From contig CAYRQJ010000001.1 in NCBI GenBank assembly GCA_964426555.1, positions 117,633 to 181,632 of the forward strand: a stretch of DNA of 64,000 nt. The letters are read 5' to 3'. The position numbers were made by a program, and so were the translations under genes. Positions 39,927-50,600 of the stretch are shown piece by piece. How positions within the stretch are numbered: position 1 is the first letter of the stretch; each line of letters starts with the position of its first letter. The notes beneath the pieces are model-generated. The model searched no databases and was not told where the DNA came from. It saw only the letters and a program-made list of their open reading frames with translations. The DNA is from an uncultured Candidatus Saccharibacteria bacterium (lineage in GTDB: Bacteria; Patescibacteriota; Minisyncoccia; Phycocordibacterales; UBA9973).

Positions 39927-40673
39927 TTATTTTAGTACTTCAGCTTTAGTATATACTTTGCCTTTATTTTTTATATGTTTAGCGATAGATCTTTCTTGAA
40001 CTATTGTAATAAGATTATTTACAACCCAATACAGTGCAACTGCGGCTTGGAATTTGTAAGCAATAAATATAATTAAAACAGGAAACACAAACTTCATTTG
40101 AGTTTGCATAGATTTTTGTAAATCAGCAGAAAATCCTTTTGCTCCACTGTTTGCATTGGCCTGCATTTTTTGAGTAGGGGAAAGATAAATCTGTAAGAAT
40201 TGAGAAACACCAGCAAGAATAGCTAAAGCAACAGAATGTACTTTTGTTAAATCAAGAATACCTAAAAACATTGTATTTAGTGTTTGGGGAGCATTCACAA
40301 ATGAATAAAGTGGTGCATTTGTAAAATCCATACCTTTTAAGAATACATAATACAAACCAAAAATAATCGGCAGTTGCACTATCATTACCAAACATCCTGA
40401 AAAAGGATTAACTTTTTTTTCTTTATATAAAGCAAATGTTGCTTTAGCTTCTTCTTCTTTAGAAAGACCTTGTTTTTTTAGTTCAGCTAATTCACCTTGA
40501 ATACTAGCTAATTCAAGCTGAGAAACAATAGCTTTTCTAGAAAGCGGATATAAAATAACTTTAATTAGAATAGTTAAAATTACAATTGCAAAACCAAGGT
40601 CTCCAAAAGTAACGTAAGAAAGTATTAAAACTAAAATGTTTAAAAGGGGTGTATAAATAAATGTATTCCACAT
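39927..40673 (-). CDS. yidC: Membrane protein insertase YidC (short, monoderm type)
   Basis: AIVILTILIK, VNPFSGCL..QLPI, LYWVVNN. Confidence 0.93.
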   Translation of the reverse strand: MWNTFIYTPLLNILVLILSYVTFGDLGFAIVILTILIKVILYPLSRKAIVSQLELASIQGELAELKKQGLSKEEEAKATFALYKEKKVNPFSGCLVMIVQLPIIFGLYYVFLKGMDFTNAPLYSFVNAPQTLNTMFLGILDLTKVHSVALAILAGVSQFLQIYLSPTQKMQANANSGAKGFSADLQKSMQTQMKFVFPVLIIFIAYKFQAAVALYWVVNNLITIVQERSIAKHIKNKGKVYTKAEVLK

Positions 40674-40693
40674 ATCGCTCCAGTGTAACAGAA

Positions 40694-40921
40694 CTAGGGC
40701 AGTGGGTCAAAGTTATTTTTTTGCCAAGGATGACAACGAATTATTCTTTTTATAGTTAGGCTTGTGCCTTTTAAAAAACCATATTTTATATATGCCTGTT
40801 TCCCATATTCTGAACAACTAGGATAAAATACACAAACTGCATTTTTTCTTTTAAAAATACCTGTATCTCTTGAAAGATATTTTTGGTAAAAATTTATCAA
40901 AAAAACCATTATTTTTGACAT
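40694..40921 (-). CDS. yidD: Membrane protein insertion efficiency factor YidD
   Basis: CVFYPSCSEY, RIIRCHPW. Confidence 0.93.
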   Translation of the reverse strand: MSKIMVFLINFYQKYLSRDTGIFKRKNAVCVFYPSCSEYGKQAYIKYGFLKGTSLTIKRIIRCHPWQKNNFDPLP

Positions 40922-41229
40922 AAAATTCCTTCAAGTTCTTTTTTTAAGTCTAAATATGACAAATTATCAATGTTTACCTTTAAAAATAGGCTAAAGTGTC
41001 CATTTTTCTTATTATTTAGTTCTCTTATTATAGAAAAAACCCTTCTTTTGGCTCTATTTCTATCTACTGCCTTTTTATATAGCTTTTTAGTCACACTAAG
41101 GCCGTATTTATTGATGTTTTGGCGAGATTCTGCCCAGGTAATGGAAAAAAGAGTACTATGTACTCTTTTACCAGCTAATTTAAGCTCTTTTAAATCAAAT
41201 GTATTAAGCCGGTTTTGCCGAGGTAGCAT
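40909..41229 (-). CDS. rnpA: RNase P protein component
   Basis: MLPRQNRL, KKAVDRNRAKRR; located between rpmH and yidD. Confidence 0.9.
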   Translation of the reverse strand: MLPRQNRLNTFDLKELKLAGKRVHSTLFSITWAESRQNINKYGLSVTKKLYKKAVDRNRAKRRVFSIIRELNNKKNGHFSLFLKVNIDNLSYLDLKKELEGILCQK

Positions 41230-41230
41230 A

Positions 41231-41365
41231 TTAAACAGCTAATTTTGCGCGACCCTTGCGGCGACGTGCTTGTAGGATCTTTTGACCATCCTTACTAGCC
41301 CCACGAACTAAAAAACCATGGGTTTTTGCGCGCTTTCTTTTGTTTGGTTGATAGGTAACTGACAT
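41231..41365 (-). CDS. rpmH: 50S ribosomal protein L34
   Basis: Not in the ORF track. Manual translation: MSVTYQPNKRKRAKTHGFLVRGASKDGQKILQARRRKGRAKLAV. Confidence 0.96.
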   Translation of the reverse strand: MSVTYQPNKRKRAKTHGFLVRGASKDGQKILQARRRKGRAKLAV

Positions 41366-41453
41366 ATAAAGCGATAATAACACTAAAGCTTATAAAAATC
41401 AACCCCGTGGTGAAGATTTGTAAAATATCTACTACTAGGGTTGATTTTTTAGT

Positions 41454-41483
41454 TTATCCAGAGTTATACACAACTTACCCACA
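41454..41483 (+). promoter_or_regulatory. Tandem DnaA boxes upstream of dnaA
   Basis: TTATCCAGA 41454, TTATACACA 41464, TTACCCACA 41475. Confidence 0.8.
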
Positions 41484-41537
41484 ACTCTTTAACATTTATG
41501 GTGTGTTGTTTAGCTATAAAAAAAGTATAATAACTCT

Positions 41538-42896
41538 ATGCAAAATGATTTAAGCGGACAACAAGATCTTTGGAAGGAATGTTTAACATTATTAGAAAGA
41601 ATTGTTTCAAAGCCTAATTTCACAACTTGGTTCAAACAAACACACATAGTTAAAATTGAAGATGGTTTGGTTTTTATTGGTGTACCAAACGAATTTGCAA
41701 AAGACTGGTTACAAAACAAATTCCAAAAGGTAATATTAAAGACACTGGTAGATAATTCACCTGTTATAAAAGGTGTAGAGTTTATTGTTTCAAAATTTGA
41801 ACCTGAATCTAGTATTAAAAATATAGCTCCTAAAATAGCTACCCAACAATCTTTACCTATACAGGATATGTATGTAAACAAAGAAGATGGTTTAAACCCA
41901 AGATATACTTTTGAAAACATGATAGTTGGTTCATTTAATGAACTAGCGAATGCTGGAGCCCAAGCAGTGCTTCGTAGTCCTGGTATTTTATATAATCCAT
42001 ATTTTATTTATGGTAATACTGGTCTTGGAAAAACTCATATGATAGAAGCAGTAGGGAACTCTATAAAAAAACAATATCCTGGTAAAAAGGTTTATTACAC
42101 AAGTGCAGAAAAGTTTGTTATTGAGTGTGTACAAGCTGTGCAAAACAAAACAATGGGTACTTTTAAAGACAAGTACCGGATTTATGATGTTTTAATTATG
42201 GATGATATCCAAATGATAGGTAAGGGCGAAAAAATTCAAGACGAATTATTCCATTTATTTAACATGTTATACGAAGCAAATAAACAAATTGTATTTTCTT
42301 CAGATAAACATCCTAATTATATTCCAGGCTTAGAAGATCGTCTTCGTTCAAGATTCTCCCAAGGAATGATAGTAGATGTGCACGAACCAGACTATGAATC
42401 CCGTGTTGCTATAATCCGTACAAATCTGTCTAAATTAGGCGTAGGACTACCCACAGAGAGCATAGAATACATTGCAGCATCCGTTGAAGGAAACATTAGA
42501 GAGCTAGAAGGAAATGTAAAAACAATAGCCCTGCAAGCTGATATAAAGAAACGAAATTTAACCATTCAAGAAATAAAAGATGTATTAAAAAACAGTGTTA
42601 AATCACAAAAACAAATATCCGTAGAAGAAGTAGTAAAAGTAATAGCATCTTTTTACCATATAGAAAGTGAATCTGTATACGAAAAAACAAGAAGAAAAGA
42701 AGTTGTACGAGTTAGACAAATTGTTATGTATATATTAAGAGAAGATTTTAATTTATCATTTCCACTAATCGGACAAAAAATGGGTGGTAAAGACCATACA
42801 ACTGTAATTCATTCTTATGAAAAAATAAAACAAGAAATGGAAAAAGACACTGGATTAATGTCTGAAATGGAGAGGATAAGAGCATTATTCAAGTAG
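41538..42896 (+). CDS. dnaA: Chromosomal replication initiator DnaA
   Basis: LNPRYTF, GNTGLGKTH, DDIQ, RLRSRF, GGKDHTTVIH. Confidence 0.97.
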   Translation: MQNDLSGQQDLWKECLTLLERIVSKPNFTTWFKQTHIVKIEDGLVFIGVPNEFAKDWLQNKFQKVILKTLVDNSPVIKGVEFIVSKFEPESSIKNIAPKIATQQSLPIQDMYVNKEDGLNPRYTFENMIVGSFNELANAGAQAVLRSPGILYNPYFIYGNTGLGKTHMIEAVGNSIKKQYPGKKVYYTSAEKFVIECVQAVQNKTMGTFKDKYRIYDVLIMDDIQMIGKGEKIQDELFHLFNMLYEANKQIVFSSDKHPNYIPGLEDRLRSRFSQGMIVDVHEPDYESRVAIIRTNLSKLGVGLPTESIEYIAASVEGNIRELEGNVKTIALQADIKKRNLTIQEIKDVLKNSVKSQKQISVEEVVKVIASFYHIESESVYEKTRRKEVVRVRQIVMYILREDFNLSFPLIGQKMGGKDHTTVIHSYEKIKQEMEKDTGLMSEMERIRALFK

Positions 42897-43084
42897 GATA
42901 AAATGTGAATAAGTAAAAAAATATAATACAAATAAAAAAGTTATAAGATAATGTGTTAATAAGTAAAAAAATAATTTAATTTAAAAACCTTGTAATATAA
43001 AGATAAAAAAAGTTTTCCCTAATTAACAGCCTTAATAGATAGTAATAATTTAATTTAAGATTTTATGCAAATAAATGTGGATAA
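42897..43084. other. Putative oriC segment (dnaA-dnaN intergenic region)
   Basis: Very AT-rich; reverse DnaA boxes TGTGAATAA 42904 and TGTGGATAA 43076; DnaA-trio-like run taatagatagtaataat at about 43033-43049. Confidence 0.65.
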
Positions 43085-44153
43085 AAAATATAATGAAGAT
43101 ATAGTTAGAGCAATTAGTAGAATTTCTTTAAAAGGAATAATTCACCCTGCACTAAAATTATCTAGAGTTAATATAAAAAACAACAAAATAATAATATCTT
43201 CAACAAATCTTTCTATTGGGGTTACTATTGAAATACCTGTAGTGAATGATATTGAAAAAGAAATATTTATTGAAACAATGCCATTTGAAAGAGCTATTTC
43301 TGGAATGCTTAATTCTCCAGAAATAAGTTTTGATTTTAAAGATAATTATTTAGAACTAAAAACTAAAATTGCTAAAGCAAAAATTCCATATCAAAATGGA
43401 GAAGATATGCCAAATATACCAATAGTTACAGGGGAAAGTATGGTATTACCAGCCGCTATTTTTAAAAAAGCTATACAACTAACTATACCAGGGGCTTCAA
43501 CCACCGATATTAAACCAGAATTAGCTTCTTTATATGTTAGTCTTAAAAATAATTCAATAACCAGTGTTGCAACAGACGCTTTTCAACTTATTGAATTTAC
43601 TGATTCTGTAACAACAAATAAAGATTTAGCTTTTCTTATTCCTGCAAAAGAAGCAGGAGATGTTTTAAAAATAATTGAAAACATTGATGGAGCTATTACT
43701 GGTAGCTATACTGAGAATCTTTTTGAAGTAAAAACAACTACAACTACTGTTGTGGTAAAGCTTACAAACGGTTTATTCCCTGACTATAATGCAATTATTC
43801 CAAAAGAAGAAAAAGGTGGTGTACGACTACTTCGAAATGATCTTGATTCCGCAATGCGTTTCCTAAGTCAAATAAAATCTGAAAACAACCAAATAGTATT
43901 TAATGTTAACCAAGGGAATATTGTTCTAACAACTAAAAACGTTTCTGGTGGTGATAGTGAATTTATTATTAATTCCACATTAACCGGCGATGCTTTTTCT
44001 GGAACTGTTTTATTTAGTCATTTAAAAACATTAGCTGTAAATATCCCAAGTGAATCAATATATATATCTTATTATGGTAATAACAAACCCTTTATTGCTG
44101 TTCCTGGTCAAGGTACAGGGTTTAGATATTTAATGATGCCAATAGCTTCTTAA
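43065..44153 (+). CDS. dnaN: DNA polymerase III beta clamp
   Basis: STNL, VATDAFQL, GLFPDY, YLMMPI; follows dnaA. Confidence 0.9.
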   Translation: MQINVDKKYNEDIVRAISRISLKGIIHPALKLSRVNIKNNKIIISSTNLSIGVTIEIPVVNDIEKEIFIETMPFERAISGMLNSPEISFDFKDNYLELKTKIAKAKIPYQNGEDMPNIPIVTGESMVLPAAIFKKAIQLTIPGASTTDIKPELASLYVSLKNNSITSVATDAFQLIEFTDSVTTNKDLAFLIPAKEAGDVLKIIENIDGAITGSYTENLFEVKTTTTTVVVKLTNGLFPDYNAIIPKEEKGGVRLLRNDLDSAMRFLSQIKSENNQIVFNVNQGNIVLTTKNVSGGDSEFIINSTLTGDAFSGTVLFSHLKTLAVNIPSESIYISYYGNNKPFIAVPGQGTGFRYLMMPIAS

Positions 44154-44165
44154 AATAATATGGAT

Positions 44166-44245
44166 CCCGTTAGAAATTACATGGTTAATATAAATTATAA
44201 GTTTAATAAAATACGGAAATCTTAAGATTTCCTATTTCTAACGGG
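44166..44245. mobile_element. 80-bp CCCGTTAGA-type element with perfect ATGGAT duplication
   Basis: ATGGAT 44160-44165 [cccgttagaaat..atttctaacggg] ATGGAT 44246-44251; shares subterminal hairpin ggaaatc..gatttcc with the 21124 element. Confidence 0.87.
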
Positions 44246-44497
44246 ATGGATCATATAAATAGTTACTTTTCTAAAATTACAGGTACTATTTTAAAAAAAG
44301 GGCAAGAAAAAGAAGCTATTATTTTGTGCATAAAAGAAATAACTGGTATTGAATTAAAAAAACATGATTTTGTTTTAAAAAACCATGTTTTAAAAATAAA
44401 ACTTTTTGGGATTAAGAGATTTAAAATTATCTCCCTTAAGGAAAAAATTATCTCCCTTTTAAAAGAAAGAAATATTATAATTACTGAGCTTCAGTAG
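44246..44497 (+). CDS. Small basic hypothetical protein
   Basis: 83-aa ORF after dnaN; starts at the duplicated ATGGAT. Confidence 0.6.
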   Translation: MDHINSYFSKITGTILKKGQEKEAIILCIKEITGIELKKHDFVLKNHVLKIKLFGIKRFKIISLKEKIISLLKERNIIITELQ

Positions 44498-47063
44498 GGG
44501 GTAAATCTGTTTTCTTAAATTTAAAATTAATAGTATCTTCTCCTTGGTATAATAAATTATCGTATGCTATTGCTTTTATAATATAATCACCATCTTGAAG
44601 GTTTAAAAGATTTAAATCAATCTCGTAATCTAATTTTGCTGGTAACAATGTTGTTATTTTTCTGTTGTTTAAAAATAAATCAACTTTTTTCAAACTACTT
44701 GTTTCAGCTGTAATGATAATATTTATTTTTTCACCTGTTTTGAATTCATTGTTTCTCTCAAAACCACTAATTGTTACTGGAATATTTATAATATTTGTGT
44801 GAGCTGTATCGTAATAATTTGGTATATCAGCAGCGGTTACTGTTTTAGCTCCATTATTATTAAACCATCGTCTAACACCATATTCCCAATTATTAAATTG
44901 TGGGTCAGATTGTGGATTGTTAGGAATACCACCTGTTGGGTTGTCTTTGTCTAACCAATATAAAATTGTATGAACATTTGTTATGACTTTTTCTACTCTT
45001 GCGCTTTGCGGTGTAAAATCAGTTATTTTACCACCAGTGATACTGTCTATGTAAAAACTTTCTCCACCTTGCCACAAGCCTCGCAGGACCGCAGGACCAC
45101 CGGTTTCTGGCATTGGTATATCTAAAAATTCTTCATTTCCTGCTGTTTGCAGATATTTTGTTATAACTTTATTAAACAAAGGACCGGCAAGTTGTGCGCC
45201 ACCTTTTTTCATGGGTGTATTTTCATTGTTCCCAGCCCAAGCCCCAACAACAATTCTAGGAGAATATCCCACAATCCATGCATCGCGGTTAGAGTTTGTT
45301 GTTCCTGTTTTTGCGGCAACACTATAACCTGGCACATGTAGACTGGATCCACGCCCAAATGTTGGAGCTCTTAAGTCTTCATTAGAAAGAATTTTTGAAA
45401 TATTACTTGTTACATAGTCTGGCAGTATTTGTTCTCCTGTGTTTTCTTTATATTCTTCTAAAATCTCACCTTTTTTGTCTTCAATTTTCAGTATCCCTGT
45501 TGGAGATTTTTTTATACCGTTATTCGCAAAAACACCATAAGCTGAAACCATGTCTAATAGTTTTACTTCACCAGCTCCAAGAACCAAAGATAAACCATAA
45601 TCTTTGGGGTTACCCAGTGTTGTAATACCCATTGATCTTGCTGTGGCTATACTGTCACTAATTCCAGATAAATAAAGTAACTTTACTGAAGGAATATTTC
45701 TAGATTCTGCCAGTGCATTTTTTAATTGCATTGGGCCCTTGAATTTAGAATCAAAGTTTTCTGGAGAATAACATTCGCGCCCTTTTCCGTCTGAACTACA
45801 ATTTGTATTAAATTCTGTAAAAGTATCAAACAAAACTGTTTCTGGTCTATAACCTTTTTTAAAAGCAGTTGCATATACAAATGGTTTAAAAGAAGACCCA
45901 GGCTGTCTTGCGGCAGTTGCTACATTAAATTGCCCGTCTATTTCTTTATCAAAGAAATCTCTTGAACCAACCATTGATAAAATGTGTCCAGTTTTTGGAT
46001 CCAATGCAACCAGCGCAATATTTTTACCATTATAATCACGTTCGTTTCGTTCTGCTTCTTTTTTTGCTTCTTCTTCAGCATATACCTGTAAATCGTAATC
46101 CAGTGTTGATATTACATGTAAACCTTCTTTATTAACACGATCTTCTCCGTATTTTTTTATTAAATAATCTCTAATAAAAAACACAAAATGAGGAGCCTTT
46201 ACTGCAGTTTGAGCTTTGGGTACAAAGAAAACTTTTTCATTTAATGCTTCGTTTTGTTGTTCTTTTGTAATATAACCCAATGTTTCCATTCTGCTTAAAA
46301 CATAACGTTGTCTAACATCTAATTCGTCTCGATGTTTACCATTTGGGTCGTAATATACAGGACTTTGGGGGATTGCAGCTAAATAAGCTGCTTCAGCCAA
46401 GCTCACATCCAATGCATGTTTTTTAAAATAAACTTGTGACGCTTCTTCTACTCCGTACACATTTCCACTATATGGGGCTTCATTTAAATAAATTTCTAAA
46501 ATTTGATCCTTTGTTAGTTTTTGTTCTAAGCGTATTGCAATAATTATTTCTTTTATTTTTCTTGAAATTGTTTTTTCTCTTGTTAGTAAAGTATTTTTTA
46601 CAATTTGTTGAGTTAAAGTTGATCCTCCTTGGGTTTCACCTTTAAAGATTGTTGAAAAAGATGCACGGATGATTGATTTTACTCTAACACCGTGGTGTTT
46701 ATAGAATTCTGCATCTTCTGTTGCTATTATTGCATTAGGAATAAGTGGATTGATTTTATTTAAATCCACAACGGTTCTCCTTATTGAATTATGGTTATCG
46801 TAAAGTAAAATTTTTCCAGTACGGTCATAAATTTTTGTAGATTCTGTAATAATTCTTTTGTCAAAATTTGAAATATCAGGAAGAGGTACTGTTGCCAGAT
46901 AAAACAAAGACAAGGCAACTATTAGTGTTAAAAAACCTAAGGCAGTATAGCCCAAGTATTTTAAATAGTTTTTTGCAGTCTTTTTAACTTTTGGGTTTTC
47001 TATGTATTTTGTGACATTTTTAACCGCTTTGTGCTTTTTTACATCTTGTATGAATTTATGCAT
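44481..47063 (-). CDS. Class A penicillin-binding protein (PBP1A family)
   Basis: Transglycosylase motifs EDAEF, QGGSTLTQQ, RKIKE; transpeptidase motifs SSFK, SRN, KTG. Confidence 0.95.
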   Translation of the reverse strand: MHKFIQDVKKHKAVKNVTKYIENPKVKKTAKNYLKYLGYTALGFLTLIVALSLFYLATVPLPDISNFDKRIITESTKIYDRTGKILLYDNHNSIRRTVVDLNKINPLIPNAIIATEDAEFYKHHGVRVKSIIRASFSTIFKGETQGGSTLTQQIVKNTLLTREKTISRKIKEIIIAIRLEQKLTKDQILEIYLNEAPYSGNVYGVEEASQVYFKKHALDVSLAEAAYLAAIPQSPVYYDPNGKHRDELDVRQRYVLSRMETLGYITKEQQNEALNEKVFFVPKAQTAVKAPHFVFFIRDYLIKKYGEDRVNKEGLHVISTLDYDLQVYAEEEAKKEAERNERDYNGKNIALVALDPKTGHILSMVGSRDFFDKEIDGQFNVATAARQPGSSFKPFVYATAFKKGYRPETVLFDTFTEFNTNCSSDGKGRECYSPENFDSKFKGPMQLKNALAESRNIPSVKLLYLSGISDSIATARSMGITTLGNPKDYGLSLVLGAGEVKLLDMVSAYGVFANNGIKKSPTGILKIEDKKGEILEEYKENTGEQILPDYVTSNISKILSNEDLRAPTFGRGSSLHVPGYSVAAKTGTTNSNRDAWIVGYSPRIVVGAWAGNNENTPMKKGGAQLAGPLFNKVITKYLQTAGNEEFLDIPMPETGGPAVLRGLWQGGESFYIDSITGGKITDFTPQSARVEKVITNVHTILYWLDKDNPTGGIPNNPQSDPQFNNWEYGVRRWFNNNGAKTVTAADIPNYYDTAHTNIINIPVTISGFERNNEFKTGEKINIIITAETSSLKKVDLFLNNRKITTLLPAKLDYEIDLNLLNLQDGDYIIKAIAYDNLLYQGEDTINFKFKKTDLPPTEAQ

Positions 47064-47105
47064 ACCCCTATTTTAGCACAGCTGAGAAAATGTTATAGTC
47101 TATAT

Positions 47106-48284
47106 ATGGACAAACATGTTATTGATACAATATTAGAAAGAGGGGTAAGTGAGATTATCGACCGTAAATCTCTGGAAGAAAAGCTAAACTCTGGCCAAAA
47201 ATTAAGAATAAAGCTAGGTATTGACCCAACAAGCCCAAATATTCACCTGGGTAGAGCTACCGCACTAAGAAAGCTACGGGATTTTCAAGATGCTGGACAC
47301 CAAATTGTTTTTATTATTGGAGATTTTACTGGAACAGTTGGAGACACTTCAGACAAAGATGCTGAAAGACCAATGTTGGAGCAATCTGCAATTGAAGAAA
47401 ATTTAAAAACATATATTGATCAAGCAGCTAAAATAATTGATATTTCAAAATGCGAAATTCATAGAAATAGTGAATGGTTAACTAAATTAACTTTTGCTGA
47501 TGTTTCTTCTCTGACTGACGAATTTTCTGTAAATGATTTTATTTCAAGAGAACTAATTAGTAAAAGATTAGATGATGGTAAACGTGTGTCACTGCGCGAA
47601 GTAATGTACCCAATTATGCAGGGGTATGACAGTGTTGCTATAAAATCTGATGTTGAGATTGGTGGTACAGATCAAAGATTTAATATGCTAGCGGGTAGAA
47701 CACTGCAAGCAAAATTTGGCCAACCAAAACAAGATATAATAATGCTACCTTTAATAGAAGGTTTAGACGGCCGTAAAATGAGTTCAAGTTGGGGGAATAC
47801 TATAAACCTGTTTGATACACCAAATGATATTTTTGGTAAAGTAATGTCACTAAGAGATGATTTGATAGTTCGGTATTTTACAGTTTGTACTAGACTGCCA
47901 CTAACAGAAATAAAAAAACACGAAGAAGATTTAAATAGCGGCGTAAATCCAAAAGATATTAAAATCAAATTAGCTCAAAGAATTGTAGAAGATTTATATA
48001 ATGAAAAAGAATCAGAAAATGCCAAAGATTTTTGGATAGAGACTTTTTCTGAAAATAAAATTCCAGAAACAGTAGAACATGCTGTAAATAATACTGACGG
48101 CGCAATGCTTGTTGATTTGGTGGTTAGTGCAGGATTAGTTACTTCTAAATCTGAATACACTAGATTAGTTGATACTGGTTCCATTGAATTAATGGAAGAT
48201 GGTGAGATAATTAAAGATATAAAACAAACTGCAAAACCCGGAACTTATCGCATAGGTAAAAAAAGATTTATTCGAATAGTATAA
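47106..48284 (+). CDS. tyrS: Tyrosine--tRNA ligase
   Basis: GIDPTSPNIHLG, YPIMQGYD, GGTDQRFN, KMSSS. Start moved to ATG 47106. Confidence 0.96.
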   Translation: MDKHVIDTILERGVSEIIDRKSLEEKLNSGQKLRIKLGIDPTSPNIHLGRATALRKLRDFQDAGHQIVFIIGDFTGTVGDTSDKDAERPMLEQSAIEENLKTYIDQAAKIIDISKCEIHRNSEWLTKLTFADVSSLTDEFSVNDFISRELISKRLDDGKRVSLREVMYPIMQGYDSVAIKSDVEIGGTDQRFNMLAGRTLQAKFGQPKQDIIMLPLIEGLDGRKMSSSWGNTINLFDTPNDIFGKVMSLRDDLIVRYFTVCTRLPLTEIKKHEEDLNSGVNPKDIKIKLAQRIVEDLYNEKESENAKDFWIETFSENKIPETVEHAVNNTDGAMLVDLVVSAGLVTSKSEYTRLVDTGSIELMEDGEIIKDIKQTAKPGTYRIGKKRFIRIV

Positions 48285-48288
48285 ATTT

Positions 48289-48765
48289 ATGGAATCAAAA
48301 AAAGTCTTTATTCTGCATTCAATTAATGATTTATTAAAACCAATTAATGATTTAATTTTAAATATCAATAAAGCTTTAGATAAAAATGGGGTTATTATTT
48401 TTTTGAATGGAGATTTAGCCAGTGGTAAAACCGCTTTTGTTCAAGAATTTGGATTTTATGTTGGGATAACAAAAAATATTCAAAGTCCAACTTTTACTTT
48501 AATGAAAAGCTATAATGTAGATAGCGAAAAAATTCCTGAATTATATAAAATAGTACATATTGATGCGTACAGGTTAGAACCGCACCATAAAGAATCTTTA
48601 AATGTTGAAGAATTTTTATACGAAGCGGGAACTTTAGTTTTTATTGAATGGCCAACTGCAATTGATTTAGATAGTTCAATTTGTTTTGCAAATATTGACT
48701 TTGAGGTTGTTACAGAAGAAATGAGAAAAATTACTATTCGTTACAAAACAAAAGACGGGGTTTAA
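48289..48765 (+). CDS. tsaE: t6A biosynthesis ATPase TsaE
   Basis: GDLASGKT, SPTF, HIDAYRL, IEW. Confidence 0.93.
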   Translation: MESKKVFILHSINDLLKPINDLILNINKALDKNGVIIFLNGDLASGKTAFVQEFGFYVGITKNIQSPTFTLMKSYNVDSEKIPELYKIVHIDAYRLEPHHKESLNVEEFLYEAGTLVFIEWPTAIDLDSSICFANIDFEVVTEEMRKITIRYKTKDGV

Positions 48766-48986
48766 TACATCCCGTCTCTGTCTTCTTCGTCTCCAAAAAA
48801 ATCAAATAAATTTTCGTCTAAAACTTCTTCGTTTTCTCTTAGTCCTAAATAAAGATTATTTTCTTCTTCTATTTCTTCTACTGGTGTTTCTACTTCGTCA
48901 TGAAAATCATCTATTGCTGGCTCAGCACCTTCTGCCCCAAAAATTTCTGGGGATTCAAATATTGGTTTGTCTTCTTGTTCAGACAT
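48762..48986 (-). CDS. Small highly acidic hypothetical protein
   Basis: 74 aa, roughly one third D/E; co-oriented with ruvC. Confidence 0.55.
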   Translation of the reverse strand: MSEQEDKPIFESPEIFGAEGAEPAIDDFHDEVETPVEEIEEENNLYLGLRENEEVLDENLFDFFGDEEDRDGMY

Positions 48987-49055
48987 GTTTCTTAAAAAAT
49001 TAAATACTACTACTATGTTTCATACTTTTACATTTATTATTTAATTTAGCAAGTG

Positions 49056-49568
49056 TTATTTTGAGGATAGCTGTGAATAACGAATACGAGAGCTACCTGC
49101 CAGGGCTATAGCTATTGCATCTATCTCGTCGTCACCCATTTTACTGGTGTCTAATTTAATAATTTTAGGCACCATTTTTAAAATTTCTGGCTTTCCAGAA
49201 GCACCATTTCCTGTTACAGCGCTTTTTATTTCAGTAGGGGTTAGTTCTATTATTTTAATATTTTGTTTGCCAATACTGGACAGTATTGCTCCACGAGCAT
49301 GAGCCACGGTTATTGCAGTTTTGATATTTACTGTAAAAAATATTTTTTCAATTATAACTACATTTGGTTTATATTTTTTTATAATTTCTTCTACGTGTTC
49401 ATAAATGTGGGACAATCTTTTTTCTATGTCTAAATTCTTACTAGTTTTAAAACATTCTGAGAAGATTAATTTTTCTTTTGGGTTTGTATTTAAATTTTTA
49501 TTTATTATTGCTATACCAACTCGCTCTATGCCTGGGTCAATACCACAAATAATATAGTCGTTATTCAT
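49056..49568 (-). CDS. ruvC: Holliday junction resolvase RuvC
   Basis: GIDPG, IEKIFF, EIKSAVTGNG, DEIDAIAIA. Confidence 0.95.
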   Translation of the reverse strand: MNNDYIICGIDPGIERVGIAIINKNLNTNPKEKLIFSECFKTSKNLDIEKRLSHIYEHVEEIIKKYKPNVVIIEKIFFTVNIKTAITVAHARGAILSSIGKQNIKIIELTPTEIKSAVTGNGASGKPEILKMVPKIIKLDTSKMGDDEIDAIAIALAGSSRIRYSQLSSK

Positions 49569-49569
49569 A

Positions 49570-50529
49570 TTAGCTATTTAAATAGTTTATTCCACTTTCA
49601 GTGATTGTTCTGCCACGAGGAGTTCTTTCCATAAAACCCAATGTTAGTAAATATGGTTCTATTACATCTTCTAGTGTTCCTTCGTCTTCGTGTAGCGATG
49701 CAGCCAGTGTTTGCAATCCTGTTGGACCTCCACGGAATTTTTCCTGTAATGTTTTTAAATATTCGCGGTCTAGTTCGTTCAGTCCCATATGGTCAACACC
49801 CAATAGCGTTAGTGCATCGTCAGCAATATTTGCGTCTAAATCTACGCCTTTGACTTGTCCGTAATCACGTACACGCTTTAAAAAATAGTTTGCAGTACGT
49901 GGAGTTTTGCGGGACCTGCGCACGATGGTATTTATTGCATCATTTTTTATTGGAATACTTAAAATATTTGCAGAGCGTTCTAATATTTTTTCCAGCTCTT
50001 GGTCTGTATAATATTCTAGTCTAAATACACCACCTCCAAAACGAGACCGCAGTGGGGCAGACAGTAGGGAAATACGAGTAGTGGCCCCAACCAAAGTAAA
50101 TGGTGGTAATTCCAGTTGCACACTGCGAGCTGATGGACCTTTGCCAATCATAATATCCATTACGCCAGACTCCATGGCAGGGTAGAGAATTTCTTCTACA
50201 AGTTTTGAAAGCCGATGTATTTCGTCAATAAATAAAATATCGTGCGGAGCTAAATTTGTAAGAATACTGGCAAGGTCACCAATTTTTTCTATTGCGGGGC
50301 CAGATGTTACAGTAATATTTCTTCCTGTTTCTTTTGCTATAAGGTGAGCCAAGGTAGTTTTGCCTAATCCTGGGGGACCATAAAAAAGCATATGTTCAGC
50401 AGATTCACCACGCTCTTTTGCGGCTGTTAATAAGATGTGTATATTCTGTTTAATATTATTCTGACCAATGTATTCGGTCCAGCTCTCTGGGCGAAGATGT
50501 TGGTCTAAAAATTTGGATTCTGTCTTCAT
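49570..50529 (-). CDS. ruvB: Holliday junction helicase RuvB
   Basis: LRP, GPPGLGKTTLA, FIDEIHR, GATTR, RTPRGR. Start moved to ATG 50529. Confidence 0.96.
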   Translation of the reverse strand: MKTESKFLDQHLRPESWTEYIGQNNIKQNIHILLTAAKERGESAEHMLFYGPPGLGKTTLAHLIAKETGRNITVTSGPAIEKIGDLASILTNLAPHDILFIDEIHRLSKLVEEILYPAMESGVMDIMIGKGPSARSVQLELPPFTLVGATTRISLLSAPLRSRFGGGVFRLEYYTDQELEKILERSANILSIPIKNDAINTIVRRSRKTPRTANYFLKRVRDYGQVKGVDLDANIADDALTLLGVDHMGLNELDREYLKTLQEKFRGGPTGLQTLAASLHEDEGTLEDVIEPYLLTLGFMERTPRGRTITESGINYLNS

Positions 50530-50571
50530 ATATAAGGCTTTTTGGCTAATTGATGTAATATCTCTATGGTC

Positions 50572-50600
50572 TTGACAATTAAAACTTAATCTGCTATACT
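50572..50600 (+). promoter_or_regulatory. Near-consensus sigma70 promoter facing a non-coding region
   Basis: TTGACA 50572-50577, 17-nt spacer, TG-c-TATACT 50595-50600. Confidence 0.7.

Noticed and set aside
41394-41450. Inverted repeat aaaaatcaaccc...gggttgattttt between rpmH and dnaA as another mobile element
   Set aside because: Single copy with no flanking direct repeat; explicable as divergent -35-like boxes or origin-region structure.
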